From positions 107,812 through 171,811 of the forward strand of contig JBNGIO010006246.1 in assembly GCA_049999805.1 (NCBI GenBank): a stretch of 64,000 nt of DNA. Direction: 5' to 3'. Under the pieces are notes generated by a model. The model made no database searches and was not told the DNA's origin. It saw only the letters and a list, made by a program, of their open reading frames with translations. The position numbers and the translations under genes were made by a program. Shown in pieces: positions 12,123-24,622 of this stretch (position 1 is its first letter; each line of letters begins with the position of its first letter). The stretch comes from Folioceros fuciformis (Eukaryota).

Positions 12123-14273
12123 ATGGATGCGGAGCAGGGAACAGGGAACCGTTTTGTGGAGCACATCCCATCCTACTCTGAGGTTTTGGAGCACGACCGT
12201 CCTCGGCCTCCTCCCAACTTTTTCCGGCCCTCGTCATCATCTCAGCAAGATGGGATTCAACGGAGCTCAGATCTTCCAGCAGCTCAGCCGAGCGCAGCAA
12301 CTGGATCGAGCTCCCAAGGAGTCCAAACAAGTGCTGCAGGGGGGCAGCCTAATTCGTTCACTGAGGCTTTCTCCTTCGTGAAGGACACAAAATTCTACGC
12401 TGCGCCTCCGGTTCCTCCTCTTCAAGTGCCAGCCACCCCCCCTGTGCAATGGGGCAATATGGGTGCTGAGAGTGTCTCCAAGCCGGAGTAAGTTTCCTGC
12501 ATTTCGGATAGGGGTCCAGCACTTGGCTGGACGACAGTTCTTCAGCGTATAGCATGTCAGGAACTTCTTTCCCCAACCTGTTATGTTTGGCTGTGCAGAC
12601 CAGCGTCAGTGCATCAGTCTCGAAATGCCATTGTGGTGAGCAAACGGCAGGTATGGTATCAAAATTCTTGGCTCTATTAGATATGTAGTGCTTTCCTAAT
12701 GGTAGTGATGTTGCTTATCCACTTTTGGGGTTGTGGCGGATGTTAGATTCAATTTTCTCTGTTGGCAAATTGCAGCAAGGGAATCCTGTGCTCAAGCACA
12801 TACGAAATGTCAGATGGGTCTTCGGAGATGTGGTGCCAGACTACTTATTGGGCCAATACTCATGTGCTCTCTACATAAGGTGCAAGTTCCTGTTCACAGT
12901 TTGAGGCATCCTCCTGAAGTACAGTGCACGCTTCTTCCATTCTTCATAATGAAATACAAGTAAAGTAACAGAAGGCACTTACTTCTCACAAACAGCTTGC
13001 GATACCACTTGCTGCATCCAGACTATCTCTTTTTCCGAATACGAGAATTACAGAAGAGCTATCGGTTGAGGGTAGTGCTATGTCATGTTGATCTTGTGAG
13101 TAGCACATTCACTATGCCAGGCACTTTTTGTGGGTTCGTTAGTACAGTGGAATTCTTAAACAACAGCGCTCTTCCTTGGATTTGCAGGAGGATGTGATCA
13201 AGCCACTGCATGAAATCACAAAAACGGCTCTGCTTAACGATTGCAGCCTTATATGTGCTTGGAGGTGATTGTCTTACCTCAGATTCTACTTCAGGTTGCG
13301 TCAGTTTGCTACTGCAGATTGCAAGTAGAGTCTTTGAGTCTTCCTTCTCGCTGAGTGTGGGTGGTACTTTACTGGGAGACATCAGGTTGGAAGAACCAAG
13401 ATCATGTCATTGACTGAAGTTTTCGGAAAATTTTCAGTTTAGAGGAATGTGCAAGGTACTTGGAGACTCTGAAGATGTATGAAAACAAGCCCGCTGATGC
13501 TATTCAGGAGCGAACTGATAATGACTATCTGTCTAAGGCAAGCGGCATCTATTGTGTCCTTTCTCTCTGTCCAGCTTGATGTGCGAGCCTGTCCCGACAG
13601 ATCTAGTGCTGTTGTGCAGCTGACTAGCGCATTGACAACAGTGAGGCACATAAACAAAACGGACGTGGTCACACTCGGTTCCTCATTTGGGGTAAGCATC
13701 CTCCTTTGGTCATTGAAGGATGTCACATTGTGCATAGTGTGCACGAACATGAGCCGTGACACTGTCCATGTGCAGACTCTTGCAGCAGTCGTTGGTGGTT
13801 CCATGGAGGACTTCGCTCGATGTCCAGGGGTCGGAGAAAGAAAGGTGAAACGGTTGTATGATGCTTTCAACGAACCTTTCCGACGAGTTCCAAAACAAAT
13901 GCGGCCTAGTGATGTTGGTACAGCCTTGGTTACTAGCCAGGAGAAGGTGTCTGGGGATGCCTCAGAAATTGGAGTCGTCAAGCCGGCAACATCCAAATTG
14001 CTGAAGATGCCGGATGACTCTCTTCGTGATGCTTTGAGTGCAGCTCGCCTTAAGTCTGCGTCGAAGGGCCCTGCAGACCAGTCATTGGAGGACGCAGTCA
14101 GGCTTGGACCTGAAAGTAGGGTAAAACAGTCAGTGGACCATGGCAACGATGTTGATGTGTGTACACAGAGACCATCCAGGGAAAGCTTGCAAGGCCACGA
14201 TAAGCCAGTGGAGGAGAAAGGAAGTCCTTCAGGAGCTGAAATGGGTGACGAAGACTTTGTGTCGTTGGGGTAG
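12123..14273 (+). CDS. ERCC1: DNA excision repair protein ERCC1, multi-exon
   Basis: RQ-QGNPVLKHIRNVRW, SLRYHLLHPDY, YENKPADAIQ, HhH motifs VRHINKTDVVTL and CPGVGERKVKRLYDAFNEPF; one GC-AG intron 13538-13619. Confidence 0.95.
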
Positions 14274-15018
14274 ATAAACTCGTATATTTTGCTGAACGTA
14301 AGTCCAAAGCCTCAAAGTTGCAACAATATTATAATCTCCGTAAAAATCTCAACACTGAGCAACACGGATACACATTTTGCTTGGATTCCAAGAAGCTGCA
14401 GCTCTGCAGGAATGTATAATAAATTACGGTCTGCCAGAAAACGCCGAATACTGTAGCTGTACACTTGATAAGGTCTGGATGTTTCTCCAGCCCCAAAGGA
14501 AGGTACAGTGTGGTGCTCCATGGCAAAACGACCAATCAGAGATGCGCCTCCAACGAAGTTGCCTACTGCCTCCACTCTCAAAGAGAAGGCCACTGAGGTG
14601 GCCAACTAAGAATGCGGCTTGTTATCAAATGGCAAGTTGTTGTTGAGGCCCATCTCCCAGAGGTCTTCACACATCAATGGTTCTTCCCAGATCAATGGTT
14701 CTGTGGTAGATGCATACAAAGGCGTCACACGGCGTCAGACATCGTGCCTACAGCGTCGACTACATCGAGGTTAATACACAAGGAAGCGAAGGAACTAGAA
14801 CCTCTACAAACATGAAACAATGAGTGTCTACAAACCCTGCAGACCCTTCACCCACATGTTTGAAGTGACTTCAGAGTCCAAACGTAACAGCAAGTTGTCA
14901 CCCCTGGGACAAACCGTGGAAGTAGGCAAGGTACTACCTAGAAACACTCACTTTCAATTCAAAGAATTCCCATCCCCCTGAGCTACTGCTCGCCTACACA
15001 TCATGTGACGAATGTTTA

Positions 15019-15656
15019 CTAGCTCTGGCCACCCTCCACAAACGAGCCTTCAGGCCCATTCACATTCAGACCAGATTGAGAGGGACCTGATAGAGTGGCC
15101 GCGGAAGGTGCTCCCTGTTGAAGATCTAAGACTAGACCTCGAACGGTCTTGCTCAACTGCTCCAGACGGGTTGCACTCAGAGGAGCTACTCCCTGCTTGT
15201 GCGTCCCTTCCTCTGTCATCTTAGCGAGCTTCGAAGCAATAGGACCGGTTGCTTCATCGATTATACACTCAGAACACATCCTCTGCCTCACAGACTCCTG
15301 TAAAAGAAGAAACGGACTGTCGTCAACTTGAAGGCTGGGAGGATAGCTGTACCACCGCTGCTCACAAGAGTTGACATGAACCCTCGGGCCCCTGGGTTGT
15401 ATCAAATGGTGTGAGCAGCAATTCGAGAGCCTCAAACTTACTAGAATCTCCTGCGCCCGGTCACAAGCAAAATAGAACAGCTGCTCGTTGTTGACGTACA
15501 GCTCCAATGCCGTTCGAACCCTGGTCGTAGACATCGGTCGTATCAGCAAGCTGAAACAAGACGCTGCCTTGACACACAAAGTTCTGGACGTCAGCACACG
15601 TACTGAGTTTCCGATTGCGACTCTCTGGCTTCCGCAACAGCTAACGCCGAGGCCAT
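15019..15656 (-). CDS. Putative small 3-exon gene of unknown function (~136 aa), possibly a decaying remnant
   Basis: Exons 15656-15604, 15520-15442 and 15297-15019 joined by GT-AG introns in consistent phase: MASALAVAEARESQSETQVRTALELYVNNEQLFYFACDRAQEILESVRQRMCSEC... Confidence 0.45.
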
Positions 15657-16174
15657 AAGCGCCTGCTCAAGAGGAAAGTGTCGTGAGCTTCACATCAAGA
15701 CAACGAGACGAACGAACAACAAGAAGTCATTCACCACGACGCCCCACGTCGAACGTCTTCTCCATGTTTTGCACGAGCTCCTCCATCTTTCCAAGCCACT
15801 GCCCCCCCGAGGATAGCCTACATCACAGCACTGCTCGCTCGTTCGAGTGCCGGACCATGTCGTGCGGTATCTTGACCTACAACGAAGAGAAGGGATTTAA
15901 GCCACTTCGAGGACACCAGTCGCCTATGTATTCGGTCCAGGTTCTCGATAAGCGAAATTTAGGAAGGAACTTTTTCATAGGTATGTCGGTGCAATTGCCA
16001 ATTCCCACGCAGCTGCCTATACAAGTCCTGTCTTCACTACGAGACCAGAGTGGAGTCGACAAAATAGGTGTGATTTTGAAAATGGCTATCTACTTTACAG
16101 AGGGATGAGGGATGGCCTCTGCTGCTGTTGAGCAGGCAGGCTCCCAATCGAAGCCCACACTAATCACGGCTAGC

Positions 16175-16717
16175 TCACAATGAGAGGCCTGAATCATCGT
16201 CTCCCTCCGGCAGGCCAGAAGAGTAGACGAAGTAAAGCGACCAAATGAGAGTGGTGACTCCCACCAAGATCCATCCCAACTTGGAGTTGCTCACTCCCAG
16301 GGACAAACCAGTTCCCTCGGTCGACAGTCTTTCATCGACCAGAGCCACGGCGGGGTGAGCAACGGCGAGGTACGCTGCGCTGGAAGCTGCAGCGGCGATC
16401 TTGGAGAAGGCATCGACTTTCTCCTCCTTCTTCTCCGCAGAGCAAACAATACGTGCCCGTTGCAGGACCGGCAAGCCTGCGCACACGGCAAGCGTTCAGG
16501 ACAACCTCTCCAGGAAGAAAACAGCAACCCGATCTTGGCCAATTCGATCGGCCAGGCCACCAATTCCAAGGACCAGATCAGCGGCTACGAAACGGATTGC
16601 CGTGCAGAACTCACCGACTACGGAAGCGCCAACAGCGCGCTGGCTGGTAGAGCTCAGGGGCTTCTGAACGAAGCAGGTGGCGGCAGCAGCACAGGAGGTA
16701 GCGGCGACGGCAGCCAT
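16175..16717 (-). CDS. PSBW: Photosystem II reaction centre W protein, two exons
   Basis: Bipartite transit peptide, then [22 protein letters not shown]...[22 protein letters not shown]. Confidence 0.96.
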
Positions 16718-16879
16718 GGTAACGACTAGGGTTAGATACGCCCTCCGGACTGTTCGGTAAGCGGGAAAGGAAAGACGACGCCTGCTATCGACTCCAGCAG
16801 CTGAAGATATCACGGCGCGGAAATCGACTGAAGGCCCACAGCTTTGGCCACGGAAAGCCATCCCCGGCTTCGTGAAGTA

Positions 16880-16929
16880 GATAAGGGCGCAATCCGATGA
16901 CGGGCTGTCACACCTGCCACGTGGCAGGT
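16880..16929. promoter_or_regulatory. I-box (GATAAGG) plus palindromic G-box upstream of PsbW
   Basis: GATAAGG 16880-16886; perfect 18-bp palindrome ACCTGCCACGTGGCAGGT 16912-16929. Confidence 0.65.
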
Positions 16930-17279
16930 TCGATCCTTGCCCCCCTCCAAACGCGAACAAGCTTGGACTTCCCTTCGGTTTTGCGATAAAATAAATTCGA
17001 AAGCCCATGTGAACACGAATTGTGTAACCGACGTTCGTTACCTTTTTAATGTAGCTTTGGAAGAGCGTGAAGAAATCGCATTAGCCGTTTATTGGCACAC
17101 CAGAGCGGATGGAGGGGCCGCGCTCGACTTTTCCATCAACACTACCAAACTGTCTGCGTCCACAACTAGGCCCGTGCCTAGCCCGGTCTTGGAGGTGAGA
17201 GCCAAGCCTTGAGGACAGGCCATGGAGCTCACTGCCGCCTCAGGGCAAGACCTCTTGCAGAAACCTCAGTTTGGAAATT

Positions 17280-18490
17280 GACCCCAGATGGTATGTTAGT
17301 TAGATTCAACAATCTTCTTAACAAGATCACAGTAGTCTACTTGTAGACTAACAAGCACCATTGCCTCTCTGAGCATCAATGAACAACAATGGCTTTGTCT
17401 CTTAATGTGTTGAAATTGGAAAGAAGAAATGGGAAACATGATCAATCTTGTATGTGAAACAAAGCCAAGGGTTTACGAATATCAATCACTTCTAGGTCTT
17501 ACACAAATAAGATGTTCAGGAAGTGTTGTTGCGTAAGCAAATCCACCTTCCAATGTTTGTTGTGTTAAAACTGGTTCTTTTGGTCTTCAAGAAAGACTCA
17601 CAGTTCAAAAAGCCATTCTTGTGGATGCAAAACTTGGTATGGCTCTGTGATGTTAGCAACTCGAAACACTCTTCAAGCTATTGGTGACTGCTATATATAC
17701 AACACAACTACAATTTGGAATGTTAGTAATAAGATCAAGATTTGTGCCAAACGGTCAAATTCCACTAAAATGGTCTTTGGATGAAACCATATATGCATTA
17801 ATGCATTGCATAGTGTCTTATGGACGTTAGTCAAGTGAATTGATGCCTAGGGCAGAGTGCGCATGTAGACCCCACACTCTGTCCTAGGCCCCTCTTCATC
17901 TGAAGCCTCTTTTATCAGCGTACTTTAATCTCAGAGTATGTCTCATTGTGATAAGAGTGAACTCAAAAATTCATTGTTAAATTCAAAAGCGTGAAAAAGA
18001 TGTCTATAGGAATGGTGTTCTCCCTCTATCTTCTGTGGTAGCCTTCTTTCTTCTGTGGTGGCCTTCTTTCGACAATGTGTATCCATTGTTTTGCAACGAA
18101 CAAATAGCAACAAGTATAAGTCAAGCGGCTTCTTCGACACCAAGCGGCTTCTTCGGCACCGGTGGTAGGTAGGCCTTTTGTTATTCCACATCATAACATT
18201 TTGGGAGCAGGAAGTAGTTTTTGAAAATGATATTCGTAGGGAAGAGTATCTCTTTTTACCTTTGGCCCTAATGGACTGTTCCTCCCATCTTTGGAGTTGA
18301 TTTTGTTTTTATCCACATATTTGCCGTATACTAAGAATGTTGGCATCGTATGTATTATCTTGACCAGTATTGCTTCTTTTTTTTCTACCATATCTTTAAT
18401 GTTGGCTCCATTCATCAAAGAATTGTTAACACTTCTTTTCCTTCTCGGAGCTGCAGCATACCATGACTCCCTCTGCAAGGACATGCATGT
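17280..18490. mobile_element. AT-rich, CpG-poor island, probable old transposon relic (class not identified)
   Basis: Abrupt drop in GC, broken ORFs, no recognisable motif. Confidence 0.35.
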
Positions 18491-18650
18491 GTTAGATACT
18501 TAGGTGCTTGCTGGAATCGTAGCTGGCTGCCTAAGCCGTGGCAGGGATGCAGACCTAACTAACGCACATAACATTTTACAAATCACGACCAATGACAACA
18601 GTTCTCTGGTGTTGGTCGCACCAATGAGGTGCTTCGGCCTCGAACCACAT

Positions 18651-18672
18651 CCAGTAACCAGTCGCCACGTCA
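18651..18672 (+). promoter_or_regulatory. ERSE-like/UPRE element upstream of calnexin
   Basis: CCAGT-N9-CCACG (one mismatch to ERSE CCAAT-N9-CCACG) overlapping CCACGTCA (reverse complement TGACGTGG, UPRE). Confidence 0.5.
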
Positions 18673-19022
18673 CCGCTGTATACGTGGGAGGGCCGGGTGC
18701 AAATGGGCACATAACAATGTAAGGAGGAAGCAGATCGGGACCTGCGACCACGCCCTAATTCGTTAGTCAACCGAGGCTGATGGCAAAATAAGAACGCCCC
18801 GGGTTTAAGGGTCCTTTCGTGACGCTCCTGCTCGTGCTACAAAGCAGCGTCTAGGGTCGGTTGGGAGGGACGAGTCAGGCTTAGTAGCAGCGTTACCAGC
18901 CGCACAGACCGGCGCAGCGCGGTGTCGGATTGCGATCAGCAGTGCCACTGGAGCTTTGATGCGGATTTCGGGGTCTGGCAACTGTCGCTGGTGACTTCTT
19001 TTGCCACTTCAAGAAAGGAGCT

Positions 19023-21332
19023 ATGGAGCAGCGGCTTCTGGTGCAGCTGGTGCTGGCGGCTTTGCTGCTGTGTTCTGCGGCCGTGCGTGCTTCCGAGGTG
19101 AGTGTTGCAGCTCGCGTCTCGTTCTTGCGAGAGTTCCCCCCACCCGTCCGCCCGCTTGTTTCCATGCCGGATAGGTATTTCTTGCAGCCCACTAGGTCAT
19201 CCGTACATTTGAGGCGAGGTAGATCCTTGCCTGCCTGGCTCCGTTCTTCTGCGCTGCTGCACCCTCGCTGCCATCGTGTGCTTAGGCTTGCTTGTTTCGT
19301 GCAGGTTTTCTATGACTCCTTCGACGAGACGTGGGAGGGCCGGTGGATCGCTTCCGAGAGAGCTGATTATCAGGGTACGTCGATGGCCTGGCTCTGCTTG
19401 CCTGTGAAGGGCTGGATCCGGTTGAGGTTTTTTTTTTAATCTTTTTCCAATTTGTGTGCAAGATCTGGGGTAGTTGTGGTAGGGTTAAAGAAGGGGGTTT
19501 GAGAAGCTGCGGTTTGTTGTGGCAGGGAAGTGGAAGCATGAGGTTAGTAAAGGGCATTCCGACCACGGGCTTTTGGCTAGTGAGAAGGCGCGGAAGTATG
19601 GCATAGCTGTAGATCTACCCGAGAAGGTGGAATTGGGAGACAACACCGTGGTTTTGCAGTACGATCTGAGGCTGCAGAGCGGGTTGGAGTGTGGCGGGGC
19701 CTACCTCAAGTTCTTGGTTCCGCAAGAAGCCGGCTGGACCCCGAGCCAGTTCGACAATGAGTCCCCCTACTCCATCATGTTCGGGCCCGACAGGTGCGGG
19801 GCGACCAATAAGGTTCATTTCATCTTCAAGCACAAGAACCCGAAGACGGGAGCTCTTGTGGAGCATCACCTGAAGAACCCGCCGACTCCAGTCAACGACA
19901 AGTTCTCGCATGTGTACACGGCTGTGCTGTATCCCAATAACTCGGTGAGCATTCTTGTGGATGGAGAGGTGAAGAAGACCGCCGATCTGTTGTCCAACGA
20001 CTTCGAACCCTCGGTGATTCCACCTAGCACCATTCCTGATCCTGAAGATAAGAAGCCGGAGGACTGGGATGAGAGAGCTAAGATCCCTGATCCCGAGGCA
20101 ACGAAGCCTGATGACTGGGATGAGACGGCTCCTCGGGAAATTGAGGATGCTGAGGCTGTGAAGCCTAAAGGTTGGCTGGATGATGAGCCTGATGAAGTTG
20201 ACGACCCGGCAGCACAGAAGCCTGAGGATTGGGACGATGAGGAGGATGGCGAATGGGAGGCACCGAAGATCCCCAACCCCAAGTGTGACGAGGCCCCTGG
20301 TTGTGGTGAATGGAAGCGGCCCACGAAAAGGAATCCGGCGTTCAAAGGCAAATGGACCGCACGTTCCATCGACAATCCAGCATATAAGGGAATCTGGTCG
20401 CCCAGGCAGATCCCCAACCCAGACCACTTCGAGCTGGAGAGACCTGAGTTGTTGCCCATTCGAGCTATCGGCATCGAGATCTGGACCATGCAAGATGGAA
20501 TCTTGTTTGACAACGTCCTCGTTGCCCGTGATGAGGAGACAGCGAAGAAGTACAGAGACGAGGAGTGGAAGCCGAAGTTCGACGCTGAGAAGGAGTTGCA
20601 AGATGATGATGACGATGAGGATGAAGAGGGTGAGAAGAAGTCTGCACTGGACATTGATGCCATCAAGGTACTTCGTCGCAATACCCTTCCCGGTCATCTA
20701 GGCTCTTTCCGTTTCGCCCCTGCATGTGTGAAACAACTGAATGATCTGCTGTCGCAGAAAAAGTTGTTCCAACAACTGCACAAGGTGGCTGACGTCCCAG
20801 CCTTGGCTTCATATAAGCACCATTTGAAGGTACGCCTATGGTCGTGGCTTGTGTGATGTTTCTTTGTTGGTTGCGGGAAGTGAAGTTGGGTGGTTTGTGG
20901 CCTTCGTCGTCCAGTCGAGTTTCTAAGACGTTGCCGCTCGTGAATGTTTCAGGACCTTATCAAGAGGGGTGAGGATAACTCAACGTTGACCCTTGTCATC
21001 TTTGGATCAATTCCAGTCATCCTCTTCCTGGTCGCTTTGAGGACCTTGTTCGGCGGAAAGAAGCCTTCTGCGGTAAGTGACGAGCCCCCTACATGGTTAT
21101 AACTCGTCTTGGGTTTGATGTGTAGGGTGTGACCTCGCGGTATGGCACGTGGTGTGTGTAGGGTGTTACCAAGTCAAAGAAAGAGGATATCACGTCTCCA
21201 GATGATGTGTCTGACAAGGCTAAAGACGAGTCGGCGGAAGGAACCCTCGAGAAGGAGGCTTCCGGTGAGATAGAAAAGGAGACCGAGGAGGTCGCCGGGG
21301 CTCGGCAAAGGCGACCCAGGAGAGAGACATGA
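19023..21332 (+). CDS. CNX1: Calnexin, multi-exon
   Basis: Signal peptide, LECGGAYLK, IMFGPDRCG, P-domain repeats IPDPEDKKPEDWD/GEWKRP, TM exon, C-terminus RQRRPRRET*. Confidence 0.97.
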
Positions 21333-21769
21333 TTGGCATGTTTAACAGTAGGGATCTTGAAAGGGTGGCGAGTGCCTGAGGCTTGCCCTGCCCTCCCAAG
21401 TTTTGTTATTAGAATTGTGGAGTGGAAAGATTTTAGCGCTGCAGGTGACAGCGAGCCGAGTAGGGTATTACAGTAGATAGTACTTTGTAGAACTCCCTGC
21501 AGCTCGTGTCCTGGGTATTCGGAAAGTTAACTTGTTGGGACGGCTGTCCAACTGCGGGGTGCGCTTTGCTGCAGGATTGATTTACCTCCATCGTAATCCT
21601 TTCTTCCCTGCTACCAGATCTCTGATAACATGCACGAAGCGGGGTGCATATTCCTCAAAGGCGATGTACGGCTGGAATATTTGTGCATTTATGTACATAA
21701 ATACGCATATGGTATTGGGAGGTTTCTTCCAATGCTGAGATATCATTCGATACTGATACTGATGTATGT

Positions 21770-23400
21770 ATCTGGGAGACTCGTGGCGCGTTCCAGGAGA
21801 TCGGGGCAGTAAGCATTTGTATGTGGGGCTGGAGACCCGTCCGGGCTTTGAGGCAGCGTCACCAGCGGGGCTTTCCTTGTAGCTCCAGAGCGTGACCTTC
21901 TTCACCGAAATCCTACTTCATCCGAGCCGGCAATTTCGAAGACCTTCAGTCCTCCATCATCCAGGTCCAAGTCTTGCCAGATGTCTTGTCCCATGTGCAT
22001 TGCAACTTCAGCTTCAGCTACCTCCAACTTAGTTCTGGATCAGATTCGTTTCTGGTAGGCGGGAACACATCGGTGAACGTACAAGTGTTTCGAACAATCT
22101 GCTGAATGGGAGCCTGCCATAAACACAGCTCACGTTGCCACCAATCACTTTCTATTCCCTGACATGTCTGGCAACAAGCAACGTTGTGTGCCCTACGGTG
22201 ATGTCTCCGGTCCTGCCACGATCTACGCTAAACACCATCAGAAAGAGCAGGAGCGACGCCTTCGTTGGCCCCGAAGTGTGGGGCGTCAATGTTGCTGTGG
22301 TGTGCATCGTTGCAGGAGTAGCCATCTGATGCCCAGTCCAGATCGAATTTTCCCTTCATCACTGCCCAGGAGGCCATCACAAAATGACTGTTCTCCTCCA
22401 AAGAACAACGATGGTCGCCTGCCATTGGAGAGAGCACTTTGTAAGGGTTGCCACTCACGCGAAGATAGGGTAATGGACTGCATGTGCAGATGATGAATCG
22501 TCTAGTCAGGATTCTGCCCACCGTCAAGCCTCGGCAAGGAAGCAACTGTGCTGACGTAAGACCCTCTCAGAACTGCCACAAGAAACTACGTTCATAGGAT
22601 GAGAAGGTGGGAGAATACAGCCAACGACCAGTTCCAAAACCAGATGGTGGCCGTCAAGAATTTGTCAGCGGTCACCTCTGTTGATCACGAGTCCTCATCT
22701 CAGTTGTTTATCTGTCAGATAAAACACCGTGTGCTCGTCTTACCACCCTGTTTTTTCGACCTAGGCTGCGCTGTCTCTGAAGCTGGCGTGCAGATCAGGT
22801 TGAACCCCTCTCCACACTTCACCACGACAGTTTGGTTGCTCTGTTTGGATACTACAACTGTCCGTCTAATCGGATTACTCTCTAGGAGTACCTGCCGGGA
22901 GGAGGCCTAAGCCATCGCTTACGTGCTGTGTCCTTAGGAGGATGTCCGAGTTCACAGCATGACGTCCCCTGACTCACGATTGTGGTGGAGGGGAGTCCGA
23001 CGCTGCTGCACCTCCTCTGAACTTGCAACAAAGATTGAACATTGCGTGCGATGCAGCCAAATGCAAGGCACTTGCAGCTGGGCCTGTATGTTCCCTCCAC
23101 GGCTTGTGACGGCCCTTGCAACAACCTAACCACGCCCGCAGGATTGGACGCTTTGACGATGGGTTTAGGGTTTTGGATCTGCCAAAGCTGATGGAAGACG
23201 ACAAGCGATCAGTGACCAGGCTGCAAGCTGCTCCAGCCTAGTGTGACGGAGTATGTCACTCCGTTGAACAATTCAAGCTCTCAGCTCCTCCGTTACAAAC
23301 CCAACTTGGTTTTCTCACACCTGTCCTCCTGACAGGTACAACTCTATTGGGAATCTCATATGCATGTACGTGGTCAGCCATGGCATGTTCACAGCGGAAG
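21770..23400 (+). pseudogene. Decayed, internally deleted paralog of the downstream malectin-like LRR-RLK
   Basis: Collinear remnants: tacttcatccgagccgg, tcgaacaatctgctg, [54 protein letters not shown]; stops and frameshifts; ends approximate. Confidence 0.88.
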
Positions 23401-24622
23401 CATCACCCACGCCTGCTACAGTATGCGGCGGGTGAAAACGGGCCATTCCCTTATCTTTTCCACTGAATGGAATCTGCAGCTATGGAAGAATTTTGCGACC
23501 GTGTAGGTGCCAGGTAGGTACATACACACACATGTGTACACAGTTCCACAAAAGACAGGAGCATTGCGTACAGTGGCGTATTGGCCAACAATATCCGAAA
23601 GGGTCATTTCTGGCGGGTAGCACAGATTTCCATGGTGTGCCCTCCCACATGTCAACGGCACTACCAGGCTTGACAGAGTCCGCTGGATGGGCGGTGAATA
23701 GCGGTAGAAGGATCGTTAAGAACAGATCGTACCACGCCACGTCCTTCAAATCAATCGGATATGGGCATGGCATGGCTTCCCAAGCCTATCGCAACCAAAC
23801 CGTGAACGGTGAACTTTGCGCCGTTCTTAATTCTAAGCTTGTGTGTTTAGATCCTTTCCAAGCCGTGTTTTTTGACTCTAAGTTTGCATGTTTGGGTTTG
23901 GGTGCCTTCCGTTGTACGTGAAGGCGGCAAGGCAAGGCGTCGCATTCCTTCCCTCCTTGCTCACATGGGCTCCCATTGTTTCACTGATCCAAGATCCTAC
24001 CATGTCGTGATATCAAATTCACCTTATCAAGCTAAAGCATTTTGACATGCTTTCTAAAACAGATTAAGGTAATGTCCCAAGTCGTCCCGGTCCCGATGCC
24101 AATGCCCTCATGGCTCCTAGTGTGGGTCTTCCAGGGTGCCAGTGATACATGTGCACCTAGCTTTCTCTACGTGCTAGTGTGGCTTTAAGCATGGCTTGCA
24201 GTCCACACTCGTTGCTTTAGTCCTGACATTGCCCTCGTAGCGTGACCGATGTAATCGTAGTTCTTGTTTGTTTGGTGATTGGTTGTTTTGAAACCTCGTC
24301 CCAAGCCTCATTATGATCTCGGAGACTTGTTAAAACCAAGGAACGCTCATCCCCCAGCACGCCGCGGTTGGAGGAATGGACTCCGATAAGTTCAGGTTGG
24401 ACAGGCTGGACAAGGAACCTGCCCGTCCCTGCGGGACTGCGTTCCACGGAGAGTTCATCCTTGTTGGGAGTGGGTGGCCCCACCCAGGTGCAAATTTCTC
24501 ACAAAAAAAAATGATAAATGTCGACCCACGTGTTGGGGACGAGGTGTTATGGCTGGTTGACCTTAGGAATCGTGCAGTGTGTCTGCTGCGAGCGAGAGGA
24601 AGGAGTCCTAGACGGCGGAACC

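Noticed and set aside
16870-16950. tRNA-like T-arm GCAGGTTCGATCCTTGC followed by ...CCA, with CTGTCAC upstream
   Set aside because: No complementary 5' acceptor strand, D-arm or proper anticodon stem; better explained as promoter sequence overlapping the G-box.
19615-20697. Long antisense ORFs (360 aa and 271 aa) over calnexin
   Set aside because: Shadow frames of a GC-rich repetitive coding exon; no independent motifs.
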